This document shows, piece by piece, positions 10,101 through 18,200 of a DNA stretch of 64,000 nt. Where the stretch lies: NCBI RefSeq assembly GCF_029250625.1, contig NZ_JAQXEX010000080.1, one strand, 5' to 3'. Position 1 is the first letter of the stretch. Each line of letters starts with the position of its first letter. The notes under the pieces were generated by a model. That model made no database searches. It saw only the letters and a list, made by a program, of their open reading frames with translations, and was not told the DNA's origin. The position numbers were made by a program, and so were the translations under genes. The DNA is from Poseidonia sp. (GTDB lineage Archaea > Thermoplasmatota > Poseidoniia > Poseidoniales > Poseidoniaceae).

Positions 10101-13100
10101 CTTTGACCAGGTTGAAATTGAACCCGGTTCCGATGACATTGATCGAAACATTACCTACGCTGAATCCGTTTACATCAACGGTAGCCTGCGCGCTTACCCC
10201 GGATCCGCTGAAGACTACAACCTGTGGCTTGAATCCCCTGATGAAGACAAGGTCGAAACGAGTGATGCTGCCTCTGCAGTAACAGTTCTCTTCCAAAGCG
10301 GTGTACTTTCGTTCACATCAGTGACCAACACGACTGGACACTATTCAGTTCGAGTACCTGCTGGATTTGAGTACCACATGACGACGACTTCATCGTTCAC
10401 CAACCTTGGTGGAGGACAACTCATCGATGTCGCTACTGCCGATGACTTGGACATGGGTATCATGTATCTTGAACCTACGACTCAAGTGAGCGGAATCATC
10501 TATCTCTACGATAATGAGACCCGATGGAGTAGCACAATTCCTCGCTGGGTTGCTCCAGAAATCACGGCAACAAATCAAGATGGACTCCAATGGACAACCA
10601 CTACCAACGAAGTTGGCGAGTTTGACATCGGTCTATTGGACGGTACATGGACTCTGAGCGTAGATGATGATCTTCTCAACATTGAGGCCATCACCGACCT
10701 CGTGATTAACGGAAGTCGCGACGGTTCACAAGTTGCTGAAGAAATGTCAATCATGGAACTGTTTGCACATCCTGCTGCGGTAGATGTCTCGTTTGAACTC
10801 TTCCTCAACTCTGCTGAGGACGGCACATTCGAAAACGGAACAAAGGTCTCACCCGAGTTCCGCTTGGTGCCTCTTGATGAATCAAGGGATGATCTTTACA
10901 TCACAGCGGACAACTACACCAGCAACGGTGTGGCAAATGTTTCGCTAACACCTGGAACCTACACGCTGACGTTCAACCGAACGACAGCAGATTCAGAAAA
11001 CGCAACAGATTACGACTTGATTGGTGAAATTATCTTTGACGAGATTTACATTGGTCTTGACGGTCCTGAAGAGGCCCTTCCGGTGCCGCTGAAGGAAACC
11101 TACCGTGTCACAGGTACCCTGTTGAATTCTACTGATGATGGTTTGATGAATGCCTTCTTGCTTTACAACGAGGCAGAAGACCGCTGGTTCTCAGATATTG
11201 GTTCCGATGAAAATGGAACGTTTGCAGCCTATGTCCCATCAGGAGACTGGTTGATGATTGTCGCTCCATTCATGAACGGAGAATCGACCGAGACCCTGCG
11301 TGCTACTCTAAGCGTAGGTGAGGACTCAAACACACGCCTCAACCAATCCTTCAAGACCGTTCCAGCAGTGAACGTTCTCGTCCAACTCAAGGAGTTGTTG
11401 ACGCTGAACAACCTTGCTGACATGAACCTCGTAGCAGTAAGCGGCGATGGATTGGGCAACGTGACCTTTGAAAAGACTGATGTTGACGGTAATGCCTCTG
11501 AAATGCTCATGCCGGGCAGTTGGAGTTTCTATCTGAACAAATCTTCTGGTCAACAAACCTGGTACCTGAACACATCAGCGACTCCATTTGACATGACCGA
11601 AGCAGTCAACAATTCGTTAACACTTGATCCAGTCTTTGCTGAACTCGAAGTAGAGATTGGCGGTAAGGTGTACTGGGACCTTGACAACAGCAGCTCTCCA
11701 TCCTTTGGAGAAGGCCTTGGCGGATTCAACGTCACGGTAGTTGGTACCAACAACACCGATGTCAACACCAACGTTACAACCGATGAAGACGGTGTTTGGA
11801 GGCTCTTTGTACCAATTCAGGATGTTTACAATGTTACGGTCGAAAAGGAAGGATTTGATACAGTGTATTACATGAACGGAAACGAATCCGGCTTCCCTGT
11901 TTACAACAGCACACAATCGACTGACATCGAAGTTGTTGCTGGTATGGTCGAAGTTTCTGGTTCAGTTACGGACCAAGTTGACTCCAATCGTTTGGTAGGT
12001 GCAACCATTGAACTTCATCCGAAATCTGGTGTTGAACGAGATTCAGTTGTTGTCTTGGGCACGATGGTCAATGACACACTGGAATGGTCAACCATGGTTC
12101 AACCAGGAGAATGGATTGTCGTCGTTACCGATGCCAACCCATCACCAAACGGTGGCGGTGTCACAGTTGGTCTCCTTGATGCAAGTGTTTCGAACGGCGG
12201 TAACGTCTCGTTGGAGATGGCTCTTGGAGGAAACCTCGTGCTCAACACCGAATGGTATCCGCTCGGCGCAACAACACCGTTGCATGCTGGTTCGGACAAC
12301 GCTCAAGCAGGAGTTATGGATTCAGATGCAGAACTTGAAATCACCTTTGATGGAATGTCTTGGATGGTGCCTCTACCAGAAACCGGTACGCTCAATCTGC
12401 TTATGCCGGAAGGTAGCATTGTCTTTGACAGTACCTTCATGACAACACAACATTCCAGCAACTTGGAGATGGAATACTTCGGTGGTCAAAGCATGACCGT
12501 GGCTTCTGATTCTACCATCACAGCCACTCTTGAATACAACCGACGTGTCAACTCCAACTTGGACCTTGAATTCAACAGTGTTGAAGGAGCGACTCTTGTG
12601 GACGCTACTGATGTTGAAATTGGAGCAGTTGTGTCAACGGCGAACAACAGCGCATATGATCAGTTCACCTACTCTGTTGATGTAACCTACAACGGAACCG
12701 AGACCCTTGACCTGTTCACAGTAACTGCAGAAATGGGCTTGGCTCAGGATTCTGACCTATGGACCGTTGAACTTTACAACGAAACAAGCAAGGAATGGGA
12801 AACATCAACCTTGATGACGCTTGGAATCGGAAATGCCACCGGTGCAGACGCTGTACTAAACGGTAGCATCAGTGTCCGTGTCACGCTACCATCCGTTGAT
12901 GATGCCTGGCATCTTGATGACGGACATCGAATCTCACTTCGACTTGAAACCGAGTTGGGAGAGGCCAGTCAGATCACCGTTAAGGCAGTCGTTCCTACCG
13001 ATTATTCGTATGAGATTACCGGAGCAACAGAGGTCATCGGAATTTCTCCACTGGTCTCTCGTGAATTCAGCTTTGACATTACCAATGATGGTAACGGGCG

Positions 13101-13797
13101 AGACACCTTCACCATAGAACTCCTCGAGAGTGGAATCCCTGAGGGATGGTCGGTAACGCCTATGCAATCAACGCTCACCCTTGCTAAGGGTGAGACTCGT
13201 GTTCAGCCGTTCACGGTCTTCGCACCAGCAGACTTTAGCGAAGGTGATGGCTTTGACCTCAAGGTCTACATCGATAACCTTGGCCAAGTATCTGAGGAAG
13301 TTGATGTCACCATCCAGTATGCTCAAATCAAGCTGTATACTGACCAAGGAAGTATTGCTACTGCATCAGATAACATCGCTGGTGAAGCCGGCAATGTAAA
13401 GATCCCTGTGTCCAACAGCGGTTTGCTTGATGCAACCTCTGTCATCGTCTACTTGTCGCAGACAGGGGATGCCGTAGAACGACAACAGACCATTTCAGTT
13501 CCTGCTGGCAAAACTGTGAATGCAACGTTTGATAACATCACCAATCCACAGGGTGACCACCGGTTTGATGTACGAATTGAGGTTGCTGGAGAAGAGGCAA
13601 ACAATGTTGAATCCATACTCCATGATGGAAAGGTCGCCGAAAACGGGGCCTTTGACTTCCAACTTCCTTACTATCCGGCACCTTCAGCTGACACGGGTAA
13701 TCTCTGGATAACCCTGGCAGTAGTTGCTCTCGGACTCCTCGTTGCGTACGGCGGTGTCAAGACAGCTCGCAGTGGTCGCTCCGGTTCAAAGTTCTGA
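4174..13797 (+). CDS. aglB: giant AglB/STT3-family oligosaccharyltransferase fusion (extra N-terminal TM domain + STT3 core + >2,000-aa extracellular domain array + C-terminal TM anchor)
   Basis: One uninterrupted 9,624-nt ORF. FVSWWDYGFQALTAGEHPSVSDNFQSG (WWDYG at nt 7024-7038) sits after a long multi-pass membrane region. Downstream are repeated carboxypeptidase-regulatory-like modules (e.g. ITGQVTMSDTGEGIPGIRLLVERD...GNYEYTVPAGRIRVSA) and CARDB/NPCBM-assoc-like modules (FSFDITNDGNGRDTFTIELLESGIPEGWSV). Terminal TM is LWITLAVVALGLLVAYGGV followed by a basic tail. Confidence 0.85.
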   Translation: MNDEKDMKAAQPNIALGWLFAPLAVLLALAAMKIVGISYEMDVNNLMPMIVVAIAGMLAIVPRAILVPRGISSSLLSLGVLVVSFVGAEVLYMFTEVGALAAFMFAFVLLFGANLDMRGRHEWNTMLMFSSIGVWLALAAAGDYLSGLETTFTNAEGQVQSTLSVGRQATAYVFFAYWTMFTALGLLVGLIARGIANPAGQEGWFSFVSEKGGWNASSAPLISALAVWVLAFAGSLWHFNSVDLIDQFRLTTEEGYHGYVGYWAAFLTGIVALMVAGMVAERWFTRAMLTGSMWTLYQVSSWYEDKIWYTENLAGTWGALLWLGITFFICVAIYYISIHEKFGGWANRGEHEPSNARLFMSEHGTGLMIALAFIIGLTIRIQWYVVPSMNAFGTGNWDMTGGSDPWYMKRVVDYILANNAHLVFDADRFYPAGGINPRPPLFSWSMAVGAMLLEPFLENPEDAIWWSMLGLPAVYGALTILPIAATARDHFGKGAAVIAAWLIAFMPAHVTHSTWALADHDSFVMLFISVGFMYWLRAVKYAGTARITKETSAHPLSFIRAFRDVFTHRQGAMSNAILAGVAFGIASLGWKGFVVGPAILFLAYALQVALNMFRRRDSTALSVMFLTMLSVIALMALPFYGHPQFSLVFDPTGLQPFLFIFGFTLAIAFVTTGYRDKPWLLVLGTLAGMATAFFVVLFILKTFGISDAWDVLFTGSGYFTKTKIFGTIAEANAPNRAQLFASFGPITFLLALVMGGTFLWRGLRHRRSTDLVFGVWLFAATFMAWNAARFMFNATPIMAILGACGIASLWKWANWSGLVRSWKKFGIRTPADRIAGARKAVWRTPQFSAIFLVMLMLFSQQITYGLDSAIPGSSSSAEGDLDERIYDIVPDILRFDGLGFSILDSTSHDGRWYLGNFGSSFNDDGWNRAYEWLAGQDTNVTYSERPAFVSWWDYGFQALTAGEHPSVSDNFQSGITATGNMLLARNQDDLTAMFVWHLSEADRTYASASTTESGPFTVGFQNVLDDYLTEEQIEDFTTMQTSTESMIDFIQDRSFSVIKTNRGIVMAEGYHHDGGIFDTSTPVIRLYSDGVQIPCESTIADVCIGDDWDKENHMSAAESEFQNSIRSGEDTVVDSTHTIFGDYWYTEDLIDEHESVSTAMHRQNARLAMVTQLLTAAFAANDDATVHDMYADIIDLGGDEGYYTVQDYNGAPGETITRDHEIRYFAVDNRLYPRAGRYTADYNYNGGQPMGIFGAPTILSGQDTGTYMNEVYETIRGDFSDEMTREEVDLAMQKDFLNQQSGADIEPLQIEDVRVDHMPAFFDTMVARTYVGYGASTLGLDTASSNPQPSQHFMVSGTPGSVLSSALPLPGAMMNHYVIANWYDDESEAGITDSNTKVKILKYYPGSEITGQVTMSDTGEGIPGIRLLVERDAFSGEGSEDLDTDTYWVPIGFVDADENGNYEYTVPAGRIRVSAFAGEYDPVAARDSIRDGSYAQVNNNNLDITSETNGERDVYAITALLGQVANMTWLGDSVMNVTAAMANRQVPADAPLDVAIKSSGVSGTVSWTGDEAFSGDPVSETTFVLRNIWSMTDDYTVTTTSGSITSEESRILQGTGEATFTENGTFQSTGMAVAKNFIGTFTRELGDSRMFFANGTWDGAGTIKATWIESVNSTDCEFDNDSMPIMPDNYTVCAIGIEDGLTNYRIEGVVNASGTFTSDGVTTLTRTYGDYDSGSGDTFEGAGFYEGIGTLNGTGLFIGAGSFSGPMVEPGSFYRTGLLPGTYNMVAMLENNKSVLLPDPVVIGVAPTYDLQMTMPGAIFDGVLQDMTGELLPNLTIEFVDVDLGEDYITEISTDENASFSHGPIPKGDYYYRVDVDNDGWYDLNETATVGDDTTNITIAFGVPETVDVTLHLVSPIDPTTQEPLFNVSNRLITFDNIAGILDPVNVTSDEDGRVYAELLFGTYDIRDDVNSDYVLFDQVEIEPGSDDIDRNITYAESVYINGSLRAYPGSAEDYNLWLESPDEDKVETSDAASAVTVLFQSGVLSFTSVTNTTGHYSVRVPAGFEYHMTTTSSFTNLGGGQLIDVATADDLDMGIMYLEPTTQVSGIIYLYDNETRWSSTIPRWVAPEITATNQDGLQWTTTTNEVGEFDIGLLDGTWTLSVDDDLLNIEAITDLVINGSRDGSQVAEEMSIMELFAHPAAVDVSFELFLNSAEDGTFENGTKVSPEFRLVPLDESRDDLYITADNYTSNGVANVSLTPGTYTLTFNRTTADSENATDYDLIGEIIFDEIYIGLDGPEEALPVPLKETYRVTGTLLNSTDDGLMNAFLLYNEAEDRWFSDIGSDENGTFAAYVPSGDWLMIVAPFMNGESTETLRATLSVGEDSNTRLNQSFKTVPAVNVLVQLKELLTLNNLADMNLVAVSGDGLGNVTFEKTDVDGNASEMLMPGSWSFYLNKSSGQQTWYLNTSATPFDMTEAVNNSLTLDPVFAELEVEIGGKVYWDLDNSSSPSFGEGLGGFNVTVVGTNNTDVNTNVTTDEDGVWRLFVPIQDVYNVTVEKEGFDTVYYMNGNESGFPVYNSTQSTDIEVVAGMVEVSGSVTDQVDSNRLVGATIELHPKSGVERDSVVVLGTMVNDTLEWSTMVQPGEWIVVVTDANPSPNGGGVTVGLLDASVSNGGNVSLEMALGGNLVLNTEWYPLGATTPLHAGSDNAQAGVMDSDAELEITFDGMSWMVPLPETGTLNLLMPEGSIVFDSTFMTTQHSSNLEMEYFGGQSMTVASDSTITATLEYNRRVNSNLDLEFNSVEGATLVDATDVEIGAVVSTANNSAYDQFTYSVDVTYNGTETLDLFTVTAEMGLAQDSDLWTVELYNETSKEWETSTLMTLGIGNATGADAVLNGSISVRVTLPSVDDAWHLDDGHRISLRLETELGEASQITVKAVVPTDYSYEITGATEVIGISPLVSREFSFDITNDGNGRDTFTIELLESGIPEGWSVTPMQSTLTLAKGETRVQPFTVFAPADFSEGDGFDLKVYIDNLGQVSEEVDVTIQYAQIKLYTDQGSIATASDNIAGEAGNVKIPVSNSGLLDATSVIVYLSQTGDAVERQQTISVPAGKTVNATFDNITNPQGDHRFDVRIEVAGEEANNVESILHDGKVAENGAFDFQLPYYPAPSADTGNLWITLAVVALGLLVAYGGVKTARSGRSGSKF

Positions 13798-13863
13798 TTT
13801 CAGGGCAATTTGGCCCCTTGTCAAACAAGGGTTCTTGAAGCAAACGATGTGATAGTCACCACT

Positions 13864-15078
13864 ATGGAAGGTCTTGACCATGTTGAGTATCTTCCAGAGC
13901 CCTACGACAGGAGCATTGTTTCTGCCGTGGACCCCGCTGTTGTCGGTCATCAAGATGGCTGGCGTTCCGAAGTCATGGGTTGGGCTCCAATGGTTGCACA
14001 GCCAGTGGTCCGAGCGAGAAGAAGGACATTCACAGTGACAAACATGCTCGGGTTTGCGGTCTTTGTATCCATTAGCATGCTGTTATGGCAGAATGACCTG
14101 CTTATTGTTGACATTCCTCTACCTGATTCGGAATGGGCCTTTGAGGCAACAGGTGTACGTGGGCTCAATGAGGACGGATTGAATGGAGATGGAATCCGTC
14201 TTTGTATGGTTGATACAGGAATTGACAATCAGCATGAGGCCTTTGCTGGAAAAGATATCTTGTTCCACGACCTGATTGGAGACTCATCTGCCCCACGGGA
14301 ATACGGTGCAGTTGCCCACGGCACCTTGATGGCCGGGATCTTGATTTCCGGAAGCCATCAAGTCGGCATTGCTCAAAACGTGACGTTTGCGATGGTTGCA
14401 GCACTCCAAGACGACGGCTCGGGACAAAACAGTGGATTGGAGTCCGATGTTGGAGATGCCATTCGATGGTGTCAATTCCAATTCGAAGCGGACATCATCT
14501 CTCTGTCGCTGGGAGGTACTCCGAGCATGGAAGGGCAACGGGAAGGCGATTCAGTATCGGCAACACGTCAAGCCACCGACAGCGGAATCTTTGTCGTGGC
14601 TGCAGCCGGTAATGACGGAGGGCCAGATGATGACGGCGATGTGGCTGCACCGGGGAACGTACCTAGAGCTATTTCGGTAGGTGCCACCACTCGGGCCGGG
14701 GAAGTGTGGGCCAATTCTTCAATCGGTAGCGATAGTGGGGACGAAATCGTACGTCAACACCCTCACATGAAACCCGAGATTGTAGCTCCTGGACATCGTA
14801 TTATCAGCACCGGTGAAGATAACCTTTGGTACACAAGCAGTGGTACTTCGGATTCGACCGTATTCGTTGCTGGTGCACTTGCATTGTTGTTGGAAGCCCA
14901 CCCCCATCTTCGCCCCAACGGACAAAGTGATGGTTCTTGTGTAGACCTCGTCAAAACTGCGTTGATGAATTCTGCCCAATCCATCGGTCAAGGTGAAAAT
15001 CACCATCCTTACGCCGGTTACGGGCAAGTTGATGCAAAAGCTTGGATCAACGAAATTGACCCCAATGTTGCCTGCTGA
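13864..15078 (+). CDS. membrane-anchored subtilisin-like serine protease (peptidase S8)
   Basis: Catalytic triad contexts: CMVDTGIDNQHEAF (Asp), AHGTLMAGIL (His), GTSDSTVFVAGALALL (Ser). N-proximal TM is FAVFVSISMLLW. First ATG at 13864 (the track start at 13810 is TTG). Begins 12-66 nt after the aglB-fusion stop. Confidence 0.85.
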   Translation: MEGLDHVEYLPEPYDRSIVSAVDPAVVGHQDGWRSEVMGWAPMVAQPVVRARRRTFTVTNMLGFAVFVSISMLLWQNDLLIVDIPLPDSEWAFEATGVRGLNEDGLNGDGIRLCMVDTGIDNQHEAFAGKDILFHDLIGDSSAPREYGAVAHGTLMAGILISGSHQVGIAQNVTFAMVAALQDDGSGQNSGLESDVGDAIRWCQFQFEADIISLSLGGTPSMEGQREGDSVSATRQATDSGIFVVAAAGNDGGPDDDGDVAAPGNVPRAISVGATTRAGEVWANSSIGSDSGDEIVRQHPHMKPEIVAPGHRIISTGEDNLWYTSSGTSDSTVFVAGALALLLEAHPHLRPNGQSDGSCVDLVKTALMNSAQSIGQGENHHPYAGYGQVDAKAWINEIDPNVAC

Positions 15079-15147
15079 GAACGAATATTCCTCTCAAATG
15101 GCCGATATAGGCCGTTGGAAAGGAGCGGAAATGTGCGGTATTCGGCC

Positions 15148-15152
15148 TTTTT
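15148..15152 (+). terminator. possible archaeal oligo-T terminator after the protease gene
   Basis: T5 tract in GGCCTTTTTCCGG about 70 nt after the 15078 stop, inside the only ~200-nt gap of this gene string. Weak evidence. Confidence 0.2.
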
Positions 15153-15279
15153 CCGGAAGAAACCTTCCTGTATCAGGGGGCTAAATTGATATTGTAAGTT
15201 CATATTGATACATCTGGGGCGACAACCATGGAGCAGTATTATATTCGGCCCGTTCATGGGGAGAATAGGTGCATCCTAC

Positions 15280-18200
15280 ATGTCACAAAATTTGAAAGCC
15301 AAAAGTTTCTCAATCGTAACACTGTTTTTGCTCTCGGCTTTGCTGGGCCTTGTCGCCCTGCCTGAGGCCTCTGCAGTCAATGAAACAACCAAAGGGACCG
15401 TTACCGGTGTTGAGACTTGGTCCGGCACCATGACCCTCCAGGGCGATGTTGAAGTTGCAGAGGGTGCAAAACTCATTGTCAATGCGGGTACAACGGTCAA
15501 TATTCCTTACGGCAAGTTCATTGACGTTCGGGGGGCTATCTGTATCGGTGATTCCGCATGTGGTGCAAGTGCTGGTTCTTCCTCAAGTCAAGCGCGTTTC
15601 ATATGGACGAAGCCTACAGCACAAGGATACACAGAAACTGGACGTTGCTTGAGCAATCAATCGCAATTGCTCAACAATCCAGATGCCGCCTGTGGTTCTG
15701 GTATGATCATTCGTGATACCATCGACCAATCGTTGACCTCGATCAATTATGCACACTTTGAGAACGGATACGGATACCCTACCGTAGTTGGAGTCGGATC
15801 ACAGACCCAGTCAATCAAATACGGAGTTTTGGTCTTTGATGGCTCGAGCACTACCGCTCGTGGATTGTCCTTCAAGGACACCAACACTTCCAACGTGTTA
15901 GCGGTGGATTTTGCAGCTCCAACGATTACAGAATCTGAGTTTTCTAACGGTATTGATGAACAGACGTTCAAAGCCTCTGCCGTGCGAGCCTATGGGGCAG
16001 GTGCAGGAATCCTTTCCACTTTTACCTTGGAAAGTTCGGTGTTCACTGGTGATGATGCAGATTGCGGTAACCAAGGCGGTGGCCTATCAGTCCTCGTTGT
16101 CGAGGAAAGCTATGTTGACATGGATGACCTCGAAATCAAGGACTCGTCTTACGGAGTTCTTATGGTGCGAAGTTCAGGTTCCTTGACCAATTCTGAAATC
16201 ACAGTCAAGTGCAATGCAGTTGATACGACCTCATTGAAAACTACCGGGACGATCAAGCACAGGCTCCTCGTTAACAACAACATACTCACGACCACCGAAG
16301 GCGCCGGACTTACAGCCTACGAGGGTGCAAATGTCTATGCAGAAGGAAATACCATCTCCGGGGCAAGCGAATCATCTGGCGTCGGAATTAGTTCCTCAAA
16401 AATAGAGATGCATGGGAATACCATTGGACCAATCGGCGGTTACAATGGACTGTGGATTTATGGAATGGATTCGGATGTTATCGCTGAAAACAACACCATT
16501 AAAGAAACGACCAAAGAAGCCGTTAACATTGGTGAATACCATCACGAAGACTTCGGTCAAAGCAAGGATTACGGAGCAAAGCGTCTTTACTTCGCCAACA
16601 ACAATATTCAAAACAACTCCGGTACTTGTGAGTCTGTGATTTACGGTGGAGAATTTGCTTGCCCTGCAATCCACGTCTTCATGGCTTCTGCTACCATCAT
16701 TGATAACACGATTTCTGGCAATACGGGTGACATCATTCGGGCAACTGGGAGCATTGTGAATGTCCAAGGAAATACCGGTGACTCAGCATTTGGCTTTGCG
16801 GGCAACATCTCGGTTCATGACGACCCGACAACAAACATGAAGTACGGCTCAATTGCGTACTTCTCTGATAATACTTGGACCGGTGTATCTCAAGTCTACA
16901 ACGTTACAGAATCTCGTATGACCGTTCAAAGCGAACAGATCCCATCTCCAGGCAACGGTGAACTCTACCCCATTTCCTTGAGCTGGATGAATGCAGAATG
17001 TCCGTACGTGCAAAACGAATGCCTGACGTTATCAGATGCATCCACCATGCCTCCTGCACAAATGCCTCTCGCTGTTGAGTTGGTTGATAACGCCACTGTG
17101 TTTTCCTATGCGGACCTCCAAAACTTTGATTCCTCGATGATTCACGTGCAAAACCAAAACACAGCATGGGGCTCGCAAGTTCGCGAGGGTGAACTCGTTC
17201 GATACCAAGTTAAGGCTAAGAACAGCAATGTCGCTGGTGCAACTGTCATCATCAAGGATGCAACAGGTTTGCCGTTGTATGAGTTGACCACGGACGCATT
17301 CGGATTCACTCAGCAAGTTTCCCTTCCTTCTGATTTCCTTCTTGACCGCAACTGGAATCACAAAGTCGGTGATAAGAACGCTATCATCCCTGGCTCAGGA
17401 AATCCTCCAATCACAATGGATGAAGATTCCTGTGCGGATGGAATCGATAACGATGGAGATACACTCATCGATGATGACGATGCTGACTGCATTAACGGAA
17501 GGGAAATGCCGTTTTACACGGTTGAAGCCTTCAAGTTTGGTAGTGGTACCAAAGACTTCTCTTATGTTCTCTCCGGACCCATTGATGACGTCATCAACCT
17601 TGACAATCTACGTCCAAGTGTTAGCGTAACCCAGCAAGACGGTGTTTCTTTTGCAACCTCGGTTGAAATTACCGGACAAGCGTGGGACGGGGTCAAGTGG
17701 CCTTATGCAAACGACAACACTGCCAGCCAGAAGCAGTTTGGTATGATCACCGCTGTCGAAGTCCAACCACCGGGTACCAACGATTGGTATTCTGCAGTTG
17801 ATACCTCTGGTGCAAACGGCATGATCACAATGGAGAACCATCCGTTCAAAGACTGGTCGTTTGTTTGGGATATGTCTGCACATGCTGGTGGTGAGGGAGA
17901 TGTGACGTTCCGTGTTCGCTCGTATGACGGACTCGATTATTCACCTGTTTCCGTTCGCCAGTACAAACTGAACCTCGTGCCTCCAACCATTGTTGTTGAT
18001 GTTCCAAACACGGGAAGCACTCACACGAATGGAAAGGTTTTGTTCCAAGGAACTGCAGCCGACCCCTATGCAGGGACATACGGTAGCGATGTTCAGAAGA
18101 TTTGGTTCCACATCACCAGTCCGGAAAACGATTACACTTCCCACTATTTCGAAGAGGGCTCAACAAGCTGGTCTCACGAGTGGGACTTCAGTGAACTTCC

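Noticed and set aside
15079-15279. Possible small RNA or tRNA gene in the largest intergenic gaps (15079-15279, 4023-4173, 26931-27080, 62858-62980)
   Set aside because: No cloverleaf-compatible acceptor or T-arm pairing and no conserved tRNA boxes were seen by eye. The gaps contain AT-rich promoter-like sequence and short hairpins only. A tRNAscan/Infernal run would be needed to be certain.
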